From assembly GCA_024679065.1 (NCBI GenBank), contig JAGIQG010000006.1:7998001-8062000 (forward strand): 64,000 nucleotides of DNA. The letters are read 5' to 3'. Under the pieces are notes generated by a model. That model had not been told where the DNA came from. It saw only the letters and a list, made by a program, of their open reading frames with translations, and did not search any database. Position 1 is the stretch's first letter; each line of letters opens with the position of its first letter. Below are positions 1-11,089 of the stretch, in pieces. Both the position numbers and the translations under genes were made by a program. The DNA is from Sphyrna mokarran (Eukaryota).

Positions 1-1941
1 TTGGGCTATTTTGGCATCATATTCCGGGGAATGCAAATTCACAAGGTGAGAAATCCAAAGAAAAGTTTTTTAAACTGCTCAGAGAAGCTCGTGATGTAGA
101 AGGAAAGCTATGGAAGCTGAGCAAGTGTTTATGATTGAATGGTATTTTTCTTTGAAGTCTGTCCGATTGAAATCAGGTTGCGATCAGTTGAAGGCAGACC
201 CACAAACGAGCTGCAATTTTCATCCTTCCTGTTGATGATTTCCTGTGAGGAGGCACTATTGAATTTGTGCAAGAGGTAATCAAGAAGATAAAGAAGGAAT
301 TCAATCTAGGAGGTCTGGCCTTTAAATACATACGTTTAGATATTAAGCAAAACAAGTTAGGAATGATAGTGAATCAACATTCTAGAAAATGTTAATCATA
401 TCCCTACAACCTGGGTTAGATCCTCATTAAAAGAGGATCCAGCTACTAAAAGAGGAAACAGAAGTTTGATTGGACAGTTGACCTAGCACTCAGATTAGAT
501 CTGACACTAGTTACAATATGTTAAAACTAAGTGCCATGGTGAAACATGCTTCAGTTGAAGGAATTCTGAGAGCAAATAAAACACTAAAAAAGTTATAATC
601 AATAAGATGCATGCTCAAATTCCCAGCCTTGGGTGAACCAGAAGATAGGAGGTTGGTTATTTTTAGTGATGCTTCACATACCAACCCTCCAGATGGGTAC
701 TATAGCACATCAGGGGTTATCATATTCTTGGAGGGAAAAAATGAGAAGCGTTGTCTATCAGCTTGGGAGGTCAGGAAAATGATGAGTTGTAAAATCATCT
801 TATATGCTTCAATAAGATCCCCTCTTAGCCGCCTCCTTTCTAACGAAAACAACCTCAAATCCTTCAACCTCTCTTCATAGGACCTGCCCTCCATACCAGG
901 CAACATCCTGGTAAACCTCCTCTGTACCCTCTCCAATGCCTCCACATCTTTCTTATAATGTGGGGACCAGAACTGCACACAATACTCCAAGTGCGGCCGC
1001 ACTAGAGTTTTGTACAGTTGCAACATGATGCTGCGGCTCCTAAATTCAATCCCCCTACCAATAAAAGCTAAGACTCCATATGCCTTCTTAACAACTTTAT
1101 CCACTTGACTGCCTACTTTCAGGGATCTATTGACACATACACCAAGATCCTTCTGTTCCTCAACACTATTAAGAGCCCTACCATTAGCCCTATACTCTAC
1201 ACATTTATTGTTCCTGCCAAAGTGCATTACCTCACACTTTTCCACATTAAACTCCATTTGCCACCTCTCGGCCCAGCTCTGCAACTTGTCCAAGTCACTC
1301 TGTAAACTATAACACCCCTCTTCACTATCTACCACTCCACCGACTTTAGTGTCATCTGCAAATTTACTGATCCATCCCTCAATACCCTCATCTAGATCAT
1401 TTATAAAAATTACAAACAGCAGGGGCCCCAAAACAGACCCCTGAGGCACACCACTTGTCACCGATGGACAGTGATAGCCTTTTTCCTAGGATGGAGAAAG
1501 CTAGCACAAGGAGACACAGCTTTAAATTAAGGGGTATGAGTTATAGGACGGATATCAGAGGTAGGTTCTTTACTCAAAGAGTGATTAGGGAGTGGAATGC
1601 CCTGCCTGCAGCTGTTGTAGATGCGCCAAGTTTGGTGGCGTTTAAGAGGTTAATTGATAAGTATATGGAAGAGAAGGGAATGGTTTAGTTTGGAGGGGCA
1701 TTGCTTTTTATTTTGGTCGGCACAACATCGAAGGCCGAAGGGCCTGTTCTGTGCTGTAATGTTCTATGTTCTATGTTCTATGTTCTAAAATGCCACTGAA
1801 ACACTAGCATGGGTAGAAACACTGGATCTGGGGTTTCCTTGTGCAATATAGCCAAAAATTGTATATAAGGGTGAATGTGGGAAATATTTATTCATAGAAG
1901 GTTATGTTGACAATCGATCTGTTTGGGACAATGTTCCATAA
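1..1941 (+). mobile_element. Decayed Ty1/Copia-type LTR retrotransposon pol fragment (RT-RNase H), split by a CR1 insertion at 796-1786
   Basis: Frames give EGKLWKLSKCL*LN..WYFSLKSV..KADP, IFILPVDDFL*GG (VDD RT motif) and LVIFSDASHTN. After the CR1 they continue ATETLAWVETLDLG..GYVDNRSVWDN (Copia RNase H). Confidence 0.75.
796..1786 (+). mobile_element. Young 5'-inverted (twin-primed) CR1 LINE: RT part inverted at 796-1461, 3' end forward at 1462-1786
   Basis: Minus [25 protein letters not shown] joins a plus segment DSDSLFPRME..KYMEEKGMV*. It ends in a GGCCGAAGGGCC stem-loop and an (ATGTTCT)n tail. TSD TAAAAT at 790-795 and 1786-1791. Confidence 0.9.
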
Positions 1942-2200
1942 NNNNNNNNNNNNNNNNNNNNNNNNNNNNNNNNNNNNNNNNNNNNNNNNNNNNNNNNNNN
2001 NNNNNNNNNNNNNNNNNNNNNNNNNNNNNNNNNNNNNNNNNNNNNNNNNNNNNNNNNNNNNNNNNNNNNNNNNNNNNNNNNNNNNNNNNNNNNNNNNNNN
2101 NNNNNNNNNNNNNNNNNNNNNNNNNNNNNNNNNNNNNNNNNNNNNNNNNNNNNNNNNNNNNNNNNNNNNNNNNNNNNNNNNNNNNNNNNNNNNNNNNNNN
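1942..2200. other. Assembly gap (N run)
   Basis: Uninterrupted N characters. Confidence 1.
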
Positions 2201-2650
2201 GAGGTGAGGGGGGAGAGGGAGGGGAGTGAGGGGGAGAGGGAGGGGGAGGGGAGGGGGAGGGGAGGGAGGAGAGAGACAGAGGGAGGAGGAGGGGGAGGAG
2301 GGGGAGAGGGAGGGAGGGGGAGGGGGAAAGGGGGAGGGGGTGAGGGAGGGGAGGGAGGGAGGGAGGGGAGGGGAGGGAAGGGGAGTGAGGGGGAGGGGGA
2401 GTGAGGGGGACAGAGAGGGGGAGGGAGGGGGAGAGGGAGGGGGGAGGGAGAGGGAGAAGGGGGGAGGGAGAGGGGAGAGGGAGGGGAGGGAGGGGAGAGG
2501 AAGGAGGGGGAGGGAGGGGGAGAGGGGGGGGGGAGGGAGGGGGAGAGGGGGGGGTGAGGGAGGGGAGGGAGAGGGAGGGGGGAGGGAAAGGGAGAAAGGG
2601 GGAGAGAAAGGGAGAGGGAGAGGAGGGAGAGGAAGGGGAGGGAGAGGGAA
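2201..2650 (+). repeat. GA-rich polypurine low-complexity tract
   Basis: Almost exclusively G and A, directly abutting the gap. Confidence 0.95.
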
Positions 2651-3930
2651 TATCCTAGAATATTGTGGGAAGCGAGGGAAGAAATTGCGGGGCCCCTAGT
2701 GGAGATATTTGTATCATCAACAGCCACAGGTGAAGTGCCATAAGACTGGAGGGAGGCAAATGTGCCATTATTTAAGAAAAGTGGCAAGGGAAAACCTGGG
2801 AACTACAGACCAGTGAGCTTCACATCAGTGGTAGGTAAGTTGTTGGAGGAAATTCTGAGAGCCAGGATCTACATGATTTGTAAAGGTGAGGACTGATTAG
2901 CGATAATCAGCATGGGTTTGTGTGTGGGAAATTGTGCCTTACAAATTTGATAGAGTTTTTTGAAGTGATGGCCATGAAAATAGTTGAGGCAGTGTGGTGG
3001 ATGTCATCTGCATGGACTTTAGCAAGGCCTACGACAAGATACCGTATGGTAGACTGGGTCATTTAGGTTAAGTCACATAGGATCCAGGAATTACTAGCGA
3101 ATTTGATAGAAAATTAGATTGCCGGTAGGAGGTTGTAGAGAGTTGTTTTTCTGGAAGCTTGTGCCATAGCGATCAGTGCTGGGTCCATTGCTGTTTGTCA
3201 TTTATGTAAATGACCTGGATGAAAATATAGGACCGTGGTTAGTAAGATTGCAGATAGCACCAAAATTCGTGGTATAGTGGACAGTGCAGAAGGTTGTCTA
3301 AGAGGATTGCAATGGGATCTTGATCAACTGAGCCAGTGGGATCAAGTGGGCCAAGGAGTGGCAGATGGCATTTAATTCAGATAAATGTGAGGTGTTGCAT
3401 TTTGGTAAGACAAGCCAGGGAAGGACTTACACAGTTAATTGGTGGGCCCTGGAGAGTGTTGTCAAACAGAGAGATCTAGTGGTACAGATACAAAGTTCCT
3501 TTAAAGTGACGTAACAGTTAGACAGGGTGGTGAAGAAGGCATTTGGCATATGTGCCATTATGTTACAACTGTACAAGACATTGGTAAGGCCACACTTGGA
3601 GTACTACATACAAGTCTGGTCACCTTGCTGTAGGAAAGATGTTATTAAACTGGAAAGTATGCAAAAAAGATTTATGAGGATGTTACTGGGACTGGGAAGT
3701 TTGGATTATAAGAATTATAAGAAGAAAAAATAAGGAGGTAGAGAGAAAACAGGGATCTATAGACCAGTGAGTCTAACGTCAGTAGTGCAAGTTGCTAAAA
3801 TCCATTATAAAGAATTTCATATTTTAGCATTTGGAAAACAGTGGTATAATCAGACAAAGTCAGCATAGATTTACAAAAGGAAAATCATGCCTGACAAATC
3901 TTTTGGAACTCTTTGAGGATGTAACTAGTA
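2650..3930 (+). mobile_element. Degenerate CR1 ORF2 fragments
   Basis: RT motifs (GNYRPVSF, MDFSKA, LYKTLVRPHLEY) interrupted by stops and frameshifts. Confidence 0.85.
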
Positions 3931-4125
3931 GATGGCAGGTCTGTCATATGAGGAGAGACTAAATCGGTTAGGATTATATTCACTGGAACTTGGAAGAGTG
4001 AGAGGAGATCGCATAGAAATTTATGCAATTCTAACTGTGTTAGACAGAGTAGATTCAGAAAGAATGTTCCCAATAAGGGGAGAGTCCAGAACTAGGGAGT
4101 CCTAGTTTAAAGAAGATGGGTAAAC

Positions 4126-7100
4126 ATAGAACATAGAACAACACAGCACAAACAGGCCCTTCGGTCCATGAGTTGCACCGATCACATCTACCAATCCACA
4201 GACCTATCTATAACCCCCTATCCTATTCTTTTCCATGTACTCATCCAGAAGTCTCTTAAAAGACCCCAGTGAGTTTGCCTCAACAACCTCCGACGGCAGT
4301 CGGTTCCATTCACTCACCACCCTCTGAGTGAAAAACCTACCCCTGACATCTCCTTTGTATTTGCTTCCCTGCACCTTGAATCTGTGTCCTCTCGTAGTGA
4401 CCATTTCAGCTCGGGGAAATAGTCTCTGAGAGTCCACCCTATCTATTCCTCTCAACATTTTATAAACCTCTATCAGGTCGCCTCTCAAATAACGTCTCTC
4501 CAGTGAGAAGAGTCCCAGCTCCCTCAACCTATCTTGATAAACTCACTGGGGTCTTTAGACTTGGATGTCTCAGGGACAGGACTGGGTACTACAGGTCCCG
4601 GGATTCAGATCCTTCAGGAAGGACAAGGAGGGAGGCAAAAGAGGTGGTGGAGTGGCACTGTTGATCAGGGACAGTGTCATGGCTGCAGAGAAGGTGGATA
4701 CCGAGGAGGGAATGTCTACGGAGTCTCTGTGGGTGGAAGTTAGGAATAGCAAAGGGTCGGTGACGTTGCTGGGTGTATTCTATAGGCCGCCCAATAGTGA
4801 CAGGGAAGTTGAGGTGCAGATAGGGAAACAGATACTGGAGAGATGTAGAAATAACAGAGTTGTTGTGATGGGAGACTTCAATTTCCCAAACATCGACTGG
4901 AATATCCCAAGGGTAAGGGGTTTGGATGGGGAGGAGTTTGTTAGGTGTGTTCAGGAGGGTTTCCTGACACAGCACGTGGACAAGCCTACAAGGAGGAGGC
5001 TGTACTGGACCTGGTACTAGCTAATGAACCAGGACAGGTGATGGATCTCTCGGTAGGAGAGCATCTTGGGGATGGAGATCATAATTCTATCTCCTTCACC
5101 CTTGCATTGGAAAAGGATAGGATCAGGCAGGCTAGGAAGGTGTTTGTCTGGAATAAGGGGAAATATGAAGACATCAGGCAGATGTTGGGGCGAATAAACT
5201 GGAAGGAGGTGTTCTTGGGGAAAAGCACAGAAGGAAGGTGGCAGATATTCAAGGAATGCTTGTCTGGAGCTTTGCACGACAACGTTCCGGTGAGACAAGG
5301 AGGTTTTGGTAGGATGCGGGAACCGTGGTGCACGAAGGCTGTGGTGAACATAGTCAGGAAGAAAAGAAAGGTGTATAAAAGGTTCAAAGAGCTAGGAGAT
5401 GTTGGGGATCTAGAGAAGTATAAGGCTTATAGAAGAGAGCTTAAAAAGGAAATTAGGAGAGCCAGAAGGGGTCATGAGAAGGCCTTGGCTGGTAGGATTA
5501 AGGAGAATCCCAAGGCCTTCTACAAATATGTGAAAAGTAAAAGGATGAGAAGAGAAGGGATAGGACCTATAAAAGGTGAAGGGGGAAAAGTCTGTATGGA
5601 ACCGGAAGAAATGGCAGAGGTGCTTAATGAGTACTTTGCCTCAGTATTCACGGTGGAAAGTGATCTGGGAGGATGCACTACAAGTTTGCGGCAGACTGAA
5701 AAGATTGAGTATGTAGATATTAAGGAAGCGGATGTGTTAGAACTTTTAAATGCTATCAAGATAGACAAGTCTCCGGGACCAGATGGGATGTACCCCAGGT
5801 TATTGTGGGAGGTGAGGGATGTCATTGCAGAGCCCCTGGCGATGATCTTTGCGTCGTCGATGGAGACGGGAGAGGTTCCGGAGGATTGGAGGATTGCGGA
5901 TGTGGTCCCTATTTTCAAGAAAGGGAACAGGGATAGTCCTGGAAATTACCGACCGGTGAGTCTGACCTCAGTGGTTGGTAAGCTGATGGAGAGGCTTCTG
6001 AGGGACAAGATTTATGAGCATTTGGAGAAGTTTAGGTTGATTAGAAATAGTCAGCATGGTTTTGTAAAAGGCAGGTCGTGCCTTACAAGCTTAATTGAGT
6101 TCTTCGAAAATGTGACTGAACACATTGACGAAGGAAGAGCAGTGGACGTGGTGTACATGGACTTCAGCAAGGCATTTGACAAGGTCCCACATGCAAGACT
6201 TCTTGAGAAGGTGAGAGGCCATGGGATCCAAGGGGCTTTGGCCTTGTGGATCCAGAACTGGCTTGCCTGCAGAAGGCAGAGGGTGGTTGTGGATGGCTCT
6301 TTTTCTGCATGGAGGTCGGTCACCAGTGGAGTGCCCCAGGGATCTGTTCTAGGACCCTTGCTGTTTGTCATTTTCATAAATGACCTGGATGAGGAAGTGG
6401 AGGGATGGGTGAGTAAGTTCGCCGATGACACGAAGGTCTGTGGTGTTGTGGATGGTCTGGAGGGATGTCAGAAGTTGCAGCATGACATCGACAGGATGCA
6501 AGACTGGGCGGAGAAGTGGCAGATGGACTTCAACGTGGATAAATGTGTTGTGGTCCATTTTGGCAGATCCAACAGGATGAATGAGTACACTATCAAAGGT
6601 AGGAGTCTTAGCTGTGTGGAAGAGCAGAGGAATCTTGGGGTCCGGGTCCATAAGACTCTCAAATCGGCCTCCCAGGTGGAGGATGTGGTTAAGAAAGCTT
6701 ACAGTGTACTGGCCTTCATTCATCGCGGGATTGAGTTCAGGAGTCAGGAGGTAATGCTGCAGCTTTATAGGACCCTTGTCAGACCACACTTGGAGTACTG
6801 TGCGCAGTTCTGGTTGCCTCACTATCGGAAGGACGTGGAAGCTATTGAAAGGGTGCAGAGGAGATTTACAAGGATGGTGCCTGGATTGGGAGGCATGCCT
6901 TATGAAGACAGGTTGAGGGAGCTGGGACTGTTCTCCCTGGAGAGACGAAGGTTGAGAGGCGACCTGATAGAGGTTTACAAGATTTTGAGAGGAATAGATA
7001 GGGTGGACTCTCAGAGACTATTTCCCAGGGCTGAAATGGTCGTGACGAGAGGGCACAGATTTAAGGTGCAGGGAAGCAAGTACAGAGGGGATGCTAGGGG

Positions 7101-8221
7101 AAAGTTTTTCACTCAGAGGGTGGTGAGTGAATGGAGTCGGCTGCTGTCGGTGGTGGTCGAGGCGAACTTGCTGGGGTCTTTTAAAAGACTTCTGGATGAG
7201 TATATGGGATCCAGTGGGATTGGGGGTTATAGATAGGTCTATGGCTGGGTAGGTTTTGATGTGTTCGGCACAACTTGTGGGCCGAAGGGCCTGTTTGTGC
7301 TGTAGTGTTCTATGTTCTATGTTCTATGTTCTATAAGGCCTGCCTCCCAATCCAGGCAGCATCCTTGTAAATCTCCTCTGCACTTTCTCAATAGCCTCTA
7401 CATCCTTCCTATAGTGAGGCGACCAGAACTGCGCACAATACTCCAAGTGGGGTCTGACAAGAGCCTTATAGAGCTGCATCATTACCTCCTGACTCCTAAA
7501 CTCTATTCCTCGATTAATGAAGGCCAGTACACTGTACGCCTTCTTGACCACTTCCTCCACCTGTGAGGCCGATTTAAGAGTCCTATGGACCCGGACCCCG
7601 AGATCCTACTGCTCTACAACACAGCTAAGACTCCTACCCCTTATATTGTACTTCTTCATCCCATTATTCCTGCCAAAATGGACCACTACACATTTATCCG
7701 CATTGAAGTCCATCTGCCACTTCTCCGCCCAGTTTTGCATCCTGTCTATGTCCTGCTGCAACTTTTGACATCCCTCCAGACCATCCACAACACCACCGAC
7801 CTTTGTATCATCGGCGAACTTACTAACCCATCCCTCCACTTCCTCATCCAAGTCATTTATGAAAATGACAAACAGCAGGGGACACCCCAGAACAGATCCC
7901 TGGGGCATTCCACTGGTTACCGACCTCCATGCAGAACAAGACCCATCCACAACCACTCTCCTCCGCCTTCTGCCGGCAAGCCAGTTCTGGATCCACGAGG
8001 CCAAAGCCCCTTGGATCCCATGCCCTCTCACCTTCTCCAGAAGCCTTGCATGGGGGACCTTATCAAACGCCTTACTAATGTCCATGTACACTACGTCCAC
8101 TGCCCTTCCTTCGTCAATGTGTTCAGTCACATTTTTGAAGAACTCAACTAGGCTCATAAGGCATGACCTGCCCTTGACAAAACCATGCTGACTATTTCTA
8201 ATCAGTCCAAACTTCTCCAAA
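4126..8221 (-). mobile_element. 5'-truncated CR1 (8221-7333 and 4540-4126), split by a younger CR1
   Basis: The RT ends ..GLGGRPY at 7333 and resumes DRLRELGLFSLE at ~4533. The (ATGTTCT)n tail is at ~4126-4140. Confidence 0.9.
4557..7332 (+). mobile_element. Young CR1 LINE with near-complete ORF2 (APE endonuclease plus RT), 5'-truncated, one frameshift near 4990
   Basis: ORFs 4565-5020 (GGGVALL, FYRPP, MGDFN) and 4945-7236 (763 aa; [12 protein letters not shown]). Stem-loop and (ATGTTCT)n tail at the 3' end. Confidence 0.95.
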
Positions 8222-8479
8222 TAAACCTTTTAGAACTGACGTGAGGAGAAATTTCTTCACTCAGGGCATGGTGAATCTGTGGAATTCACTAACACAGCAA
8301 GTAGCTGAGGCCAAAATGTTATCTGATTTCAAAGAAAAATTAGATCTCGCTCTTGGGCTAAAGGGGTCAATGGATATGGTGTGTGGGAAGGCGGGATCAG
8401 AACATTGAATTTGATAATTAGCCATGATCAAAATGAATGGCAGGACACAACATGTGGAACTGCTTCCAGTTTACCAAGA

Positions 8480-9990
8480 CTTATGATTGTATGGCCAAAT
8501 TCCCCAGGATCTCAATGACACGACCATCACTACTATCCACAAGAAGGGGATAAATCTAATTGCAAAAATTACAGGAGGATTTCCAATTTGGGTAAGATCC
8601 TGGCCCGCATCCTCCTGAACTCCCTTCATCCTGTCATTGAGGAGATCCTCCAGGAAAGAATCATCCAGTAAGATGATTAGAGGTTTAGATAGGGTGGACA
8701 GTGATAGCCTTTTTCCTAGGATGGAGAAAGCTAGCACGAGGGGACACAGCTTTAAATTAAGGGGTATGAGTTATAGACGGATATCAGAGGTAGGTTCTTT
8801 ACTCAAAGAGTGATTAGGGAGTGGAATGCCCTGCCTGCAGCTGTTGTAGATGCGCCAAGTTTGGTGGCGTTTAAGATGTTAATTGATAAGTATATGGAAG
8901 AGAAGGGAATGGTTTAGTTTGGAGGGGCATTGCTTTTTATTTTGGTCGGCACAACATCGAAGGCCGAAGGGCCTGTTCTGTGCTGTAATGTTCTATGTTC
9001 TATGTTCTATGTTCTATGTTCTATGAAACCAAATGCAGCTTCCGACATCCACATCTTCAGTTTGCATATGACAGCTATGTGATGGCTCACTCTGTACAAG
9101 ACATGCAAAGGATACACAACCTCATCATCATTTCCCAGAAGAGGCTTGACCTATCTTTAAACACCGCCAAGATAAAACTCCTTCAATCTTTCCCAAACCA
9201 GATGTAGACATGATGGCTTTGGAGTATTTGTAACACTCCCCATATCTCAGCAGCCACCCTTTCCAAGGGACTATGATCCATGAGGAGGTTCCAGCACTGA
9301 GTCAACTGTGTCACTGCTGCCTTCTTCATGCTGTGGCAACATGTGTTTGACCACATGAACCTTTGGAAGGCAACATGGCTCCTGGTTTATAGGTTCATTG
9401 TGTTGACCACCTTTTTATCCTGTCGTGAACCTGGACTGTCTATTGACACTACGTTTAGATCCTTGGCAGTTTCCATTAGTGGTTCTTGCATCAAATCTTG
9501 GGGATCAATTGGGAGGACAATCAGCCCAATGTTAGCATTCTCCATGAAGCTGTGTCTTCCAACATTAAAGAACCAAATCTGATGGAAGGGCCATTGTATT
9601 TGGATGTCCAGAAACCATCTCCCTCTGCAAGTTCTCTTCACGCAGCTCGCCATTGGCCAATGTTCGAAGGGCGGCCAAGGAAAAAGTAAAGAACATGCTC
9701 AAGACCACCCTAAACCATGGAGGCACTGACACCAATGATTGGGAGGAGGAGGCTGTGGACCATTTGGCATGGTTCCTCTTGGTCCATTGAGCTGCTTCAA
9801 GGCTCAGCAAACTGACAGTGTGGCAGAACAACATAGGCAGAGAAAGGAGAGAGAAGTCAGTCCAGGGCTGGAAATTCCACTCACTGCGCAACAACATATC
9901 CTCATTATGGAAGAACTAGTGGATCCATAATTGGATTCCTACGTCATCTATGTCAATTCACCAAGCCTGACAGATGCCATCCTTGGTTTT
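8480..9990 (+). mobile_element. Decayed RTE-clade LINE fragments, interrupted by a CR1 at 8667-9024
   Basis: Reads KKG-DKSNCKNYRRIS..GKILARILLN..ETKCSFR, LQFAYD, and C-terminal ILGINWED..GRPRK motifs. Confidence 0.65.
8667..9024 (+). mobile_element. Young CR1 3' end, near-identical to 1465-1786
   Basis: Same KYMEEKGMV* end, 3' UTR and ATGTTCT tail. Confidence 0.92.
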
Positions 9991-10309
9991 AAGGGACACT
10001 TCCAATGATGACATTCGAACTGTGCTGGGATTGGCATCCTTGCGAGCTGCCTAACTGGGGAAGTAAAGAGGATTTTAAACAAAATAATGGGGGCAAGGGA
10101 CCAAATTTGGAAAGATGTGGTAAGTCAAAGAGTAGAGAGTAGGTATTATTATGGGAAATAAAAAACAGACCATGACAGGAGGGGATTGAGTACAAATCTA
10201 ACAGTGAATTAAAATATTAGACTTGAGATTATAAAAAGAATGAAAGAATAAAACTAAAAGCTCTGTATCTGAAAGTACAAAGCATTGAAAATAAAACAGA
10301 TGAACTGGG

Positions 10310-11085
10310 AACATAAGAACATAAGAAATAAGAGCAGGAGTAGGCCATCTAGCCCCTCGAGCCTGCCCTGCCATTCAATAAGATCATGGCTGATCTGTAG
10401 TGGTTCAGTACCACTTCCCTGCTTTCTCCCCGTAACCCTTAATTTCCTTGTCAATCAAAAACCTATCCACTCTTGACTTGAACATATTCAGCGAGGAAGC
10501 CTCCACCACTTCATCAGGCAGAGAATTCCAAAGATTCACCACCGTTTGCGTGAAGGAACTCCTTCTCAACTCTGATCTGAACTGCCCCCCACTAATCTTG
10601 AGGCTGTGCCCTCTAGTTCTACATCTTTGCTAAGCGGGAAGAGTCTCTCAACCTCTACCCTATCCATCCCCTTCATTATCTTATATGTCTCTATAAGATC
10701 CTCTCTCAGTCTTCTAAACTCCAAAGAGTACAAACCTAGCCTATTCAGTCTCTCCTCATAATCCGATGCCCTCATCTCCGGTATCAGCCTGGTAAACCTT
10801 CTCTGCACCCCCTCCAAGGCCAATATATCCTTCCTCGAACTTGGCGACCAAAACTGCACACTGTATTCCAGCTGCAGCCTCACCAGTACCCTATACAGCT
10901 GCAAAAGTACCTCCCTATTTTTATATTCTATTCCCCTAACTATAAAGGCCAACATTGCATTCACCTTCTTAATCACCTACTGCACCTGCAGACTGTGTTT
11001 TTGCGATTCCTGCACAAGGATCCCAGGTCCTTCTGCACCGTCACATGCTGCAGCTTTTCGCCATTTAAATAGTAATGCTTCCTAC
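10310..11085 (-). mobile_element. CR1 3' fragment
   Basis: ORF 10566-10976 (LQLYRVLVRLQLEYSVQFWSP). The (ATGTTCTT)-like tail is at ~10311-10330. Confidence 0.88.
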
Positions 11086-11089
11086 CAAT

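Larger units (their letters stand above)
3931..8445 (+). mobile_element. Old CR1 3' end (3931-4125 and 8222-8445) hosting nested insertions
   Basis: The two halves join as GESRTR..FK..G-KPFRTDVRRNFFTQ. TSD TAAAC at 4121-4125 and 8222-8226. Confidence 0.75.

Noticed and set aside
1888-2787. Long Pro-rich and Gly/Glu/Arg-rich ORFs
   Set aside because: They are translations of a GA low-complexity tract and an N gap. The tract abuts the gap and may be partly a sequencing artefact.
4945-7236. Active or domesticated reverse transcriptase gene
   Set aside because: The element is 5'-truncated within the endonuclease, has a frameshift near 4990 and lacks ORF1 and a promoter. The open frame reflects young age.
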